Assembly (NCBI GenBank): GCA_045837725.1
Contig: JBEWZL010000043.1
Coordinates: 62,001 to 126,000, forward strand
DNA length: 64,000 bases
Source: Vermamoeba vermiformis
Lineage: Eukaryota
Direction of reading: 5' to 3'
Part shown: in pieces, positions 39,214-51,454 of the stretch
Layout of the letters: each line of letters opens with the position of its first letter
Position numbering within the stretch: position 1 is the first letter of the stretch
The notes under the pieces: model-generated
Told to the model about the DNA's origin: nothing
Databases searched by the model: none
The model's input: only the letters and a program-made list of their open reading frames with translations
Made by a program: the position numbers and the translations under genes

Positions 39214-40991
39214 TCACCACAATGCAGCATAGCTACCTTCCAATCCAGTCTGCAAAGCATCATTAGTACATAATACTAGTAAGAATCGTTATTATTACCA
39301 ATAACGGCCCGCCACCAACGAACAAACGAGTGCCACTTGGATCGTAACAAAGGGTCTGCGCTGCGTGCAGTATTGTTGCGCGAGTGAGGCCTGTAGCACT
39401 AAGTACGATAGGATTGATATTATCAGGCTATACAAGTACGCTATTAGTAACGATGTTCCAATTATAACGGTTTAGCGTTACTTACCAGCCAGCCAGATCC
39501 AGTCTGATAATGATAGCACACGCGTCCTGCCTCATCTGTGCCCACTGGCAAAAACTCCATTTTCCGCGTGTCGATGAATGCAATGCGTCCTTTGCCTCCG
39601 CCAATCGCGAGCAAGTTGTTGTTGAAGCACACAGATCTCACTCCCCAGTTGGAGTCTAAGCTCGGCAGCGTTTGAAAATCCCACGGTTGTCGCGGGTCCA
39701 TCAATGACACGTAGTACAATGAGCCTATTGCCAGCAACGACTCGTGATTGTGCATCGCGATGCAGACCGGATCCTCTTTGTCCGGCAGTTCGTAGGTCAA
39801 GTTCACTTCAAATCGCTCCGAGTCCCAGCTCTTCATCATTCCCTCGCCTCCGAGCGTGAAAATTTCCTGTTCATGAAAGAACTAAGATTCACTGAACAAC
39901 GTTTGAATGGAGATCTATGATCCGTATCTGTCCGCACACCATTCACGCGATGTGCAGTCATCAGAGATCAATCTTATAATTAATATGATCTATATATACT
40001 TACGCTGTTATTCTTCGAGTAACATAAGGAACGGATGCGCAAAGCGTGTTCTTTCTTCCTAACCAACGGATCCTTCACTTGTATGGGAGCCATTAAATCT
40101 ATATTACTGACGTCCCATACGCCTAATCCTCCATCGCGAGATCCTACGTAAATAAAATATTAGGCATTGAATTTGAACCGTTCAAAAGTACGCACCAGAA
40201 ATGACTCGATCTTCAGGAGTGAAAGAAAGCGAAAAAGTCCAGTCTGAATGGCCCTATAATACCGAAATTATTATTATTGCAAATTATAATTAAGTACATG
40301 TACTTAATATTACCCTTAAAATCGTTACAGGTTTGAAGTCTGGTTCGGATGTGACCTTTGGCGAGAAAGTATTTACACTGTAGATTGCTATCTCGTTAGG
40401 ATTATCCGATCCCGTGGCTATATAATTACTTTAGTCATCTATAATGGTGTTTTAACAATATTTTCGCTTACCTAACAAAGATCTAGGTCCGTTAGTGCAA
40501 ACGGCGTGGATGCCGCGGTTTTCCATTGGATACGGCGATCCCGTTACTTTAGGAAGTTGTATTTCTTTATGGTAGATGTATTTATGCTCGATACTCCATA
40601 GACAAAGCTATATTATGAGAAATGTGAATTAGTAAATACCGTAAAAGAAATAAATAATTTACCTTATTATCTTTAGACCCAGTTATGATGTGATTGTTAT
40701 CAACCCATGTGCTTGTAAAAATTTTTGCTATTTGCTTGGTATTAAATTGACACTCCTTGAATGTCTGCGGGATACGATTGAAGATCTCATCCGGAATTTG
40801 TTTAGATGGTCTTGAAATATGAGCGCAAATGTAAATACATGATACAGTAATATTATGGTAATATTTGCGACGATTGATTTCGATAAAATAAGTCTGCTAA
40901 TTAAAACTCAATTTTTTTCACAGATTTACCTTTCACATCCTGTGATTTCTCGACTTGTAAGTGAAAATGAGATAGAATCATTGCGTAGCAT
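39214..40991 (-). CDS. DCAF12: DDB1- and CUL4-associated factor 12-like WD40 protein
   Basis: KIFTSTW...TGSKDNK, GHSDWTFS, SGSRDG, SLMDPRQ, GVRSV, CYDPSGTRLFVGGGP...GLEGSYAALW*. Confidence 0.85.
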
Positions 40992-41187
40992 ACAAAGGTC
41001 GATTTAATTTCAATGAGCTGATGCCACTTGTTTGCCGCAAATAGAAGATTGCCCGAAAAACCGTAAAAGCGAATTTTAGCGATGATCACGTGACAATTTT
41101 GCCAGCCAATCATATACAGCGGTAAGATATAAGTGATATTTATTTCATAAAATATAAATTTACACGATCTTGTTCGTTAAGACATCA

Positions 41188-42419
41188 TTACTTTTGTTTG
41201 TTCAAACATTTGACCTCGCCCGCATCCACCATCATAGCAGCAACATTATCAATATCTTGCCATACATCGCGATACTTCATATTAAGCTCATTTTCCGACT
41301 TGCTGGTGTCAAAGTCGTACGCCTTGCCGATCTGATAATGGATCATTTGGTAAGTCGGGTCTTTCATAAAGCCAGTGAAGAACTTCATGAGGCGCGTCCA
41401 ATTTTTACCGGTCATATCGGAGCCAGGAATTTTTGCCTAATTAGGACTTGATTAATCCTTGCAAATTTCGGATCACCAAAAACTTACTTTAGGATACTTC
41501 GGCTTGAAGTACTCAGCCATTTGCTTCATTGTGATGTACCGATTGCTTATTAAGTATCGCTCTCCTTTTGCGTCAGGCTTCTCCATGGCGTTCACGTGCG
41601 CTGTCGCCACATCCGTGACAGACACAAAGTGCAGACCGAAATCTAACAAAGACGGCATCTTTCAGTCAAGTAGTTGATAGACAATGTTGTTAGGTGGGTT
41701 GTCGAATCCAGCTTTGGTCATAGGAGCACCAACGATTGCTCCAGGCTAGTTCAATTCGGTCAGCAAAAGCACGTGTCACTTGATCAAGAAAAGAGACTTA
41801 CCAGAATAACTACGAGCTCAGGGCAATTCTCTTCGTCCTTATGTCGATCTATGAAGTCCCAGGCGGCACGTTCTGCCATAGTTTTAGAATAATAATAAGC
41901 GTTTCGTTTGAGCGATGACGTCGTGTTCCAGTCGGCCTCGGTGTATCTCTTGACAGGTTCGTCAGTGACTGCACCAACGCTCGATGTGAGAACGACACGT
42001 TCGACTTTGTTTCGCACTGCTGCCTCCAAAGCACTTAATGTGCCCTTCACGGCAGGGTCGACTAGATCGCGCTACACAACAATTGTTAGACGACAGTGCT
42101 ACGTTTGTTAGTATCTACTTACTTGAGGATTCTTGTACTTGAAAGTGAACGGCGAGGCACTATGAATGACCCACTTGCAGCCTTTGAAGGCTTCGTCGAA
42201 GCAATGTTCTTCGTTCAAATCTGCTTCTACCAGCTCGAGTAGTTTTTCAGCATTGGGCAATGAGTGTAGATGTGCAGTCTTTGTCTCGTCTTTAGTTGAA
42301 CGCACGGTGCCTCGTACATGGTAGTTTCGTTGTAACAGCTCCTTGACAATGAAAGAACCTAAGAATCCATTCGCGCCTGTGACGCAAACTTTCTCGGACG
42401 ATATTTTTTCTTTGCTCAT
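41188..42419 (-). CDS. Cinnamoyl-CoA/dihydroflavonol reductase-like NADPH-dependent aldehyde reductase
   Basis: VCVTGANGFLGS, HSASP, VVLTSSVGAV, YYYSKTMAERAAW, VTDVATAHV. Confidence 0.92.
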
Positions 42420-42922
42420 TTTGTTTGATGTTGCTTAATTATTTGCTATTAATATTGCTCAAGCATGCGTTATTTATAAGGCTTTGTATTGCCTCCCTCC
42501 GAATACATCCGCGGAAGGTTGTCTCCGAACGCCGAATGAACGCCGAATGCCGACGGAATTACCAAATAAAGCATCTAATTAAATTAACAATATTCTTAAG
42601 GCGCGAGACACCATCAATTGCTTGGTTTCTAACGTATCTTTATCTTCCGATCGGGCTTACGGATGTGGCCTTCACGACGAATGTCCTTATCCTCTAATTG
42701 GCAATAAATTAAATTGGAAATTGTTATTTAACTGCGTTGTCTGTTATCTAATGATTTGTGGTCGTTGATTGTGACAAACTGAATCAAAATACAACGGCCA
42801 GCGAATAAACAATTATTTATTTTACAAATTGGCGAATAATTAATTACCAAATATTAACGAATCACGCATTGGCAAGGGCTTTGAAGCTCGTCAATAACGC
42901 AGATTCGCTGCTCGTTCAAGTT

Positions 42923-43717
42923 TTACATAATACTGCAATCCTTCTTCTTATTGCTCTTAATATTACCTGTCTTCTTATCTATTACTATATCTACATTAAT
43001 AATTTTCTTCTTTTTGTTCTTTTTCTTGCCAGGTAATAGCACATCAAGTATGTTTTCGATCAACTGATGAATTTTAACGGGATCAAACGAGCTCGTCTCG
43101 ACGTAACATCGTGCATTGATTTCTCCTTTCATTTTGAAACCCTGATCATATGAAACGGGTGCTAATTGCCTCTCTGAAAGCCTTTCTAGCGCATCAGGAT
43201 CGGTTCGTAAATCTTGTTTGCAGCCAACCAAGATAATCGGCTTTCCGGCGGCATATCGGGTAATTTCTGGTATCCACTATATATATAGAAAGAGTTAATT
43301 ATAGTCTCCCAATAAACGGAATTTTAATTCAAAACTAAATAAATTTTAATAATTTGAGTTTTAATAAAGCTTCCTGCGTACCTTCGTCCTAATATTCTCG
43401 AATGAATATGGCGATATTATTGAGAAGCATAATAAAAATATGTCTGTGCCATTATAGACGTTCATTCGAGATCTGTCGCTTTCATCTTGCCCCGAAGTGT
43501 CGTACAAATTAAACGTAATATCCTTGCCATCTGTCCTCATAGTAGTTGTATAATGAGTTTGATTAGCATTATTATTGTTAATTTGATTTGCTTCTAGCTG
43601 CAGAACCGCTTGTAGGAGACAAGTCTTGCCGACCGCCGCATCTCCTACAAGTACGGCTTTAACGGAGACTTGATTTCCGTTAGTATTAACAGGTGTGCTT
43701 GGCTCCAGTTTGGGCAA
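42923..43717 (-). CDS. Atypical Rho/Rac-family GTPase
   Basis: VLVGDAAVGKT, DTSGQ, LLCFSIISPYSFENI, VGCKQDLR, polybasic tail and CAAX (CSIM). Start reads AAAATTG, probably AAAATG with an extra T. Confidence 0.88.
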
Positions 43718-44012
43718 TTTTAGAAATGAATCAACAATTCCAGCTGAGCGAATTTCACGTTGGTTTCGATCAAACAGAAAAATCAGTATTTTTGCGCTTA
43801 TGGTCTTTAAATAACCACAAGTTAGATATTGACTTAATTAATTATTGTCTGTTCATCTGCACGTTGTAAGTAGGTCGTTGCTTGCCTTGCAGTAGAGCTG
43901 ACGTTCATTTGAAGACAGATCTTACAAAGAAAGAGGCAACAGGCAGAAGTCAACAATAATTTAGCATCCAATGCGTGCTCAATAATTTTTGATAATTATT
44001 ACGAATTTTTCT

Positions 44013-45072
44013 ATGGCAAACCAGGCCAATCCACCACATCAAGTTCAAGAAAATGAGCGGCATTTGGCTTTAGCGCACGTAGCAGTTAATCCAAGCACGG
44101 GAGCCGTTACTGTAATTAGCTCAGTTGATGAAAATGGCGAAGCCCACGATCTTGGCGCAGCTGAACAGATACATCTACAAAACGCAATGGCCAACCAACA
44201 AGCAATGTTTACTAATCAAATGGACGCAGCACAATTTCAATTATTATTGACGCAGCCCCATTTCACACCATTGCCCGTCACATCTCTCGACTCGATCACG
44301 GGCGTCAAACGAACACTCGAACAAGCCTATGGCTCCGAATACACGCAACTAGCAGTCGATGCCTTGTTAAGTCAAGGACCAAGCAAACGAGCGCGTCGCA
44401 TAACAAACGATCAAGATCTCAAACGTTACAAGTACGATGTGTTACGCGCATTTTTCAGGCTGTACTTTCCGGTCAGAGCCAGGCACGGAGGCCATGGTCT
44501 TGAAGGAGTCGATCAACACGCTCTACGAGAAGAAAATTCCGCAAGATTTGCGCCTAGCACGCAACGCCATGTATCGACACATGTGGTCGTGGTATAACAA
44601 GAATCAGATCTCGGTCTTTCAAAGCAATTATCGCGAGTACATCAAAGGCCTTAAGCTCGTCAAGGCACCAACACCGTATCCGGAGCTAGAAGCTGACGAG
44701 CAGTTACTCAGATCCGCTGGTGTCGAAGATTTGTTTGACTGGACCGAAGAGGATCTGGGTCCTAAAACTGATAATCCAATTAACTCCGAGGACTCGCACC
44801 AAACTCTTCAATCAAACCACAACGGGGCCGTGGTGCCAGCTGAAGAACAGTTAGGACACGTGCCTACATCCAACAACAACACTGCCACATCCACTCGCGC
44901 TAGTTCGCCGCAACATAAACCGTTCAGCTTGAACACGGAAGAATTAGGCGAGGGTGCTATATTGCAGTATTTGGATCAACTGGAAGCGCAAGCGAAGAAC
45001 GTGTTGATCGTCATTGGTGAAATCCGTACGAAAGTTGCACGAGCATTACAACAAGCACCGCACGATCAATGA
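44013..45072 (+). CDS. Hypothetical nuclear protein, possible RFX-like winged-helix domain
   Basis: Two overlapping ORFs joined by a frameshift near 44470; KRARR NLS; C-terminal coiled coil. Confidence 0.6.
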
Positions 45073-45199
45073 AGAATACGCACGTGGTTTGAGCGATGAA
45101 AAACTGATATAACGAATCGCTAACAGATATCTTGCCTCTGAATGGATCAAATGCAACTTCCTCATTATTATTCCTTCTAGAAGACCGAACCTACTGTTA

Positions 45200-45814
45200 T
45201 AGAACTTTTGATACCGTTGGCGCCTTGGACCAGCGCAAATCAAGCATATATCTCAATTGTCAAATTGAATGCAGTCGAAGTATGCTCTCTTTAATACCAC
45301 TACGGATTTTAATGACTTCACTGCTGTGTTGAACTTGACGAGCAAAGTTTCGGCGCTGTTGACTTACTCTTACGGCTATAGCCCGGCTAACTGTCCTTCA
45401 AATTCGATTACTAGGCCAAACAATATTAAAAGAGTGCGTCTTTATCCAAGTAAGACACAGTTCTATTAACAAGCAATCAGCTTAATTATTTGATCCAGAT
45501 AGAACCACCGTCATCGAGGTTGATAACCAAACGCAGTTTGTTTATTTTTTTGGGTTATACAGACGAATTTTTTTTTTTTTTTTTATGGATTGTTAAAATA
45601 TAAAATTTTTTTTTTTGGGGGGGGAGAAAAACTTCCTTTCCTAGTTGTTCGCAATTTTGCTATGCCTCCTACGAATGACAATATTCCAACTGATGACAGC
45701 CATATGTGGGCATTCATTGGTGGCGGAATTGGTTTCGCTGTGCTAGTGACTATTATTATCGGTGTTGTAGTCGTCGTTCGTAAGAGACGTGCACGCTACA
45801 CTCAGATCCAATAA
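45200..45814 (+). pseudogene. 5'-truncated/degenerate paralog of the 46008-47184 membrane glycoprotein
   Basis: LNCQIEC..YALFNTTTDFNDFT...TYSYG..NCPS matches LNCNVECRKFVLFNTTTDLKNFT...TYSYGLFNCPS. Same TM + YTQIQ* end; no signal-peptide exon found; frameshifts. Confidence 0.65.
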
Positions 45815-46007
45815 ATAAAGGGTACGTCTTTCACATGTATCAGCACAAATAACGTATCGTAATGAATGATGGAAAGAATAGTTTCAAGAATTTTCAAAGC
45901 ACTTTTTTACGCAAAACAAAAAAAAAAACGTACCGGCAGATAATTGTGTTTAGATCATATTCTTTTTATCTGCAATATAGCGCATTAAATCAACAGTCAA
46001 TTCGATC

Positions 46008-47184
46008 ATGCGACTGCTTGCAGTAATTAGTCTTGTCTGCTTAGTATTTTTGGTCAGAAATTCCACCGCAGATTCGCCAGTTCAAAATTGGTCCTTCGAC
46101 CTCGGCGGAAAATTAGATTTGAAAATAAATTCAACTGGATACTTTGATAGCTTCGGAGGGTCCGTTGGATGGAAGATCTCTTGGAACCTGAATATTACTG
46201 ACTTCGTTCAAATCGGCCCCTTTACCCTCTCCTACAATGATGGCACACCAATTAATGCAAGCCGAATTTTATTTAAAATATTGAAATTTAAAATAACAAA
46301 TTTGGGTTTAGGATCTCGAACCGATCTACATCGGCGGTAATGGAAACTGGACCGAGAGCATTGCTATGGAGTATAAGGTTACAGGTAAATTAAATAATGT
46401 TAATTATATGATTTTCTAAGCTGGTTCGGCAGATCCTTGTGTCCACCGCATGCCGCGAGACACGAAGCTGCTCACCAATCTCCAATTGAGAAGCAATAGG
46501 ACTTACGGAATGGTTAACGTCACTGAATACAGGGAGTAAGTGACAACTGCAATCGTTTTCGCAGGTTGACGTATTTTTTTTTGGATCAGGCCATTGACTG
46601 TAGTTGGTCAAGGACCAAACAGTACTAATGTTTCCCTTAATTGTAACGTTGAATGTCGAAAATTTGTTCTCTTTAATACTACCACTGACCTAAAGAACTT
46701 CACCATGGAGCTGACGATCAAGAGCGGAATCAAAGTGTTCATGACTTATTCTTACGGGCTGTTCAATTGTCCGTCCATTTGGGGATATAATAATACTTTT
46801 ATTTACCCGGGTAAGTATTAATACGACGTCTTTGTTTTACTTTAAGGAACATTCGAATTAATGCTTTGTCAGATACGCCCACCGTAATTCAAATCTATAA
46901 TCAAACGCAGATATGGATAATGTTCTCTGTGTATCAATTGACCGACTCCGAAAAGGACAACATTGTTTTTGAATGGAAAGGTACGGCGATAATCTTAAAT
47001 TATGTTGTTCATTTTTAACTCCTCTGCAGCTGTTCCTGGCGAAGTCGCACCTGACAACAACGACGACACCGTTAAAATGATTTTGATAGGTGGTGCTATT
47101 GCAATTGTCGTAGCCTTGGCGATTGCTGTGGTCGTAACCGTTATTCGCAAGAAGCGCTCAGATAGTTACACTCAGATCCAGTAA
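46008..47184 (+). CDS. Type I membrane glycoprotein with C-terminal YxxPhi motif
   Basis: Signal peptide MRLLAVISLVCLVFLV, many NxS/T sites, TM helix, tail RKKRSDSYTQIQ*. Confidence 0.78.
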
Positions 47185-47314
47185 ACGTGGGTCGAATACC
47201 TTGCTATTATATGCATACCATAGATTATGGGTACGCATTTAAATGATAGCTCCGTTAGATTGGTAGAAATAAATTCCAAAAGATCAAAATTCGTTCATTT
47301 CCTTGGACAAATTG

Positions 47315-49919
47315 ATGTCACCAACACAGCTTAGTTTATTTATTTTTGTATATTAGTAGAATATTAGATATATTATGATTTGGAGGTATCGCTCGTTTAT
47401 TTTGTTACTGGTAATCTTTGCAAATGTATTTCGGATAGATCAAGCGCAACCTACCACTAAAGTACGTTGGAAAAATGCCCAAAAATAATTAGCTTCATAG
47501 TTAACACATCTAATCAGGAACAAACTCAAATTGAATCGCCCTATCCCAAAAATATTTCGGATCTTTATAGAGGTAATTTTATTTTCATTTCTAGGCGTCA
47601 AATACAACTTCAAATGCATTGAAAAAGCAAACATGATTTTTTATTAATTATTTGCGTATTTACAGGCACATGGGAGTTCAAATCCGGAACTTTGGATAAA
47701 ATCAATTTCAAATCGAAGAACGGAGTATACGTGCTTTCAATATCAAGCAAAGCGAGTTCAATGCCAACAGTAGATCTAATTACGGTAAGTCGTAAATTAA
47801 ATGTTGACGTAGTTTCGAAAAATTAGATCTACGTCAGCAAAATTTTTCCTGCTTGGCTCCTCATAATATTTTATTAGGGAGAATTATCTCTGCGTGATGG
47901 AAAATATTCTACCTCCGACCATTTAACGCTGTTAGCGCAAGGAGTTTATTTCAAAGCAACGGGCGAACTTTTTATTATGGCAATTAATAAGGAGTACGTC
48001 CCAAGACAAAATCAATAGTAAAATAATATCAATAATAATGCATTTAATTATTATTGTAGTGCGCCACCTTTAAAGGATTACAGCATTACATTAGACAACG
48101 CGACGATGATCGAAAAGTTGATGGAGGATACATTAGACGAGTCGTATATTAACTACCAAGTTATCAATCAAGAAAAATTCCCGTTGCTCGAAAAAGGCGA
48201 AGAGTGCTATTTCAAAATGATGTTGAAATTCAAACTTGACGTGCCCAACATTCGACCAAAAGACGCGGGAGGTAATTAATTTTATCAAATTTATTATCGG
48301 AGGATTTTGTAGTAACTGTCGGCTATTATCTAGATTTCACGCAAGATCGTCCATATTTGGAAATGACAGGTCACGTTGTGAGTCCGAACTGCGATGTCAA
48401 AATGGACACAGAAGTGAAGACGATATTAGTTGAAAATTATTATCAACAAGCAGTGCATTATACGTTGTTAGTCGGTGCTGTAGCAATAATTGAAATTTTA
48501 ACGCTTATTAATCAAATGGAGTACGCGAACACACAAGCTGTAAGTAGTCATGTTCGCGCATTGACACGTGTCATGTATTAACGTTATTTATAGACCTTGA
48601 CTAAAATATCGCTTCTGACTGTCGGTCAACAAGCTGTTATGGACTCGTACTTGTGTTTAATGCATTTGACTGGCGGTGTCGTGGCCGGTAAGTACCGAAT
48701 GCAAATTTGAAATTTCGATCGATGACTTGAACTTATTTTATCGTTCATGAACAGACAAAGTGTTTCCTACGTTTGCAATAGTTGCATTTTTGAAGTTTGT
48801 GACATTCAGCGTGTTCGAAATGCGGTTGCTGATGGGAATATGGAAAGCACGCAGACCTCAAGGGTTCAACCAAGGCTGGAACATTATGCGCAACGAGATT
48901 TCAACTCTTTATACCCGCTTCTGTACGTACTTGCCTTCTACTATATATTGCATATCTAACTATCGATATTTGCAGATGGCATGCTGACCGGCGGGTTGCT
49001 GATCTTGTGGCTTTTGAGCGACTTTTCAAAGATCTACTTGACCATTATTTTCTCCTTCTGGATCCCTCAAATATACTGTAATATATCTAGAGAATGCGTT
49101 AAGCCATTGCTACCGTAAGTGAATAGTACAACTGCGCATCCGAGAAACTAATCCGGATCTAGATCTTACATTATTGGCGCAACTATCAGTAGGCTGGCTT
49201 TCCCTCTATGTACGTTCTAATAATAATTATGTTATTGCACGTATAATCTAACGCTTTCATAGATTTCTATGGATGTCCGAACAACTTTGTCCACGCTGAA
49301 CCTTCGATGGGTTACGCTACATTTTTGTTTATGTAAGTTGTTATAATAATATTTTTGTGGTAACTAATTCCATGTAATTAGCTTTGTAGGAGGTCAAGCG
49401 GTGATTTTATTGCTACAAAATCAATACGGACCCAGATTTTTCATTCCTAAAAGGGTAAGTCTTCGCTCGAATACTTTGCACGATAGAATCATCTAACGAT
49501 TAAATTTAGTTACGCCCGAAACAATACGACTATTTTAGACCTATCTATAGCATGTTGGACGAAGAAGACAGCACACACGTTGTTGGTGATACGAGTTCTA
49601 CGGTCGTGAACAGAAATGCGAACAATTTGAATGCGAATAACAACGAATCAGCACACGTGTTTGAGTGCGTTATTTGCATGAGTCCTGTTGACCCTGTAGT
49701 TTCAAATCATATGATTACGCCGTGCAATCACGTGTTTCATCAACCATGTTTGGTCAAGTATGTCAATACTGACCACTATTCATAATACTTATAATCATAC
49801 TAATCTATGCTACTAGATGGATGGAGCAAAAGTTGGAATGTCCTACTTGTCGAAGAGAATTGCCGCCAGTGCCACCAAGCGTTGTTTACGAAAATGACAA
49901 CAACAGTCACCTTGTGTAA
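47315..49919 (+). CDS. TUL1: Transmembrane RING E3 ubiquitin ligase TUL1/Dsc1/FLY1-like (start approximate)
   Basis: QQAVMDSYLCLMH, FEMRLLMGIWKAR, SFWIPQI, QNQYGPRFFIP, YDY, RING-H2 CVICM...TPCNHVFHQPCLVKWMEQKLECPTCR. Confidence 0.88.
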
Positions 49920-50047
49920 ATTTTTCGATTTCAAAATCAATCTGAATTGTACATAAACTGGTTAACTATTTAACTAAACTACTAAAATTTTTGATGCAAG
50001 GAAGGTTACACCTAATCATTTTTTAATGTGAATCTACCGAACTGTTC

Positions 50048-51047
50048 TTACATTCTCTTAGGTGACTGGAGTCGTTGGCGACAGCCATGCACACCTATAA
50101 CAGCAATGCCAGCCATAATAATCGCGATGATAGTCGTAAACACTGCAACTCTGTCTTGGTAGTACACGCCTGGTTGCCAAAAGTAGCCCGGAAAATCAAC
50201 TAAAATTGCATTAGCCAGGCCTTGGTACACTTCATTTTGCTTCGTAGGATATAAATAGCGATACATTAGCGTACCTATGTTTCCAGGATGTACGCATTGA
50301 CGTGCTGTTTGCAATCCATCGCCTTCACCGCAAGATCTGAAAGTACGACTTGGCACGATAAATTAATACTTGATAGGATAGCTATATTAGTGTTACTTAC
50401 ACGAATGGAGCGGAGCTGCTGGCTCTGCATTGCTTGCACTTGCCATTTAAGCAGACTCCGGCGATATCAATGAATAAACTGCCATTGAATGTGAACACAT
50501 CCGCACTTTCAGAAATATAATTTTAGCTTGTGGATTAATAAGCCGAATATTATGATTATAATAAGTACCACTTGGTTACTTCTGGATAACTTCCGTCGAG
50601 AAGTTGCGCATCCGTGTAAGGCAAGCACTTTGGCGGAGATGGCGCGTCCGAATTAGTCTTGCTTCGTTCAATCGCTGAAAATATCTTGCACGTGCCAAAA
50701 GTATTAGGCGCAATGCTGCAATACTCGCCGACAGCACAGTCGCAGTCTGTCATGCAAGAATAGCAAAACGGTCCCTATTTGAGACCGTTAGTAATTGAGA
50801 GCCCAACATCGTCAAAGTATTATAAATTAATAAAAAAAATCATATAACAGTAAGAATTGACTTTAGTGGGTTGATTTAACGAGTTCTTACCGGATTTGAG
50901 CTGTCATACGGAAATTGTCGACAATAAGGCGTTGCTTTGCTTTGCGAAATGCAGCTTTGGCTTAATTGGTTTAATTGAGTATTATCACATGAATTTTGAG
51001 CAGCAGTCAAGGCGATCTGCAGGAAATAAAATAACTGTCAATTCCAT
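50048..51047 (-). CDS. Cys-rich single-pass membrane protein (start uncertain)
   Basis: Exons with CFSCMTDCDCAVGEYC and WQVQCRASSSAPF, C-terminal TM (VAVFTTIIAIIMAGIAVIGV). Confidence 0.65.
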
Positions 51048-51454
51048 AATCGTGTCAATTATAAATTTACGAATAATGATATCAATGTATTATTATGTAA
51101 TTTAGGTGTTATATTTGGTTATATTTATTTCTAAAAGATTTGATACGTGTCAAAAGATCCGCAACTTACGCATGCCAAACTGATTACAATTATAAATAGC
51201 CGCATTACGGTGGTAAATATATACAAATTTAGCTATTTTGCTTAAACTCGACCTGATGCGCGTGTTCGCTTGCGTGCGCTGACAAAAAAATAAAAGTTGT
51301 GTCCTTGTTGTCCCACAGGCGAGCACCACAGACCACAACCACTTATAGGATTAATTTATTCACGTTATTTTGTTTACATTTATGGTAATTGCATATTTTT
51401 TGCTTGCCGTGGAAGTGACAGATCGCATCTGAAAAATAAGAAAATCCATAGAAA

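Noticed and set aside
11622-49919. Apparent cluster of ubiquitin-system genes (SHPRH, F-box, DCAF12, TUL1)
   Set aside because: These classes are abundant in eukaryotic genomes and are interspersed with unrelated genes; no sign of co-regulation.
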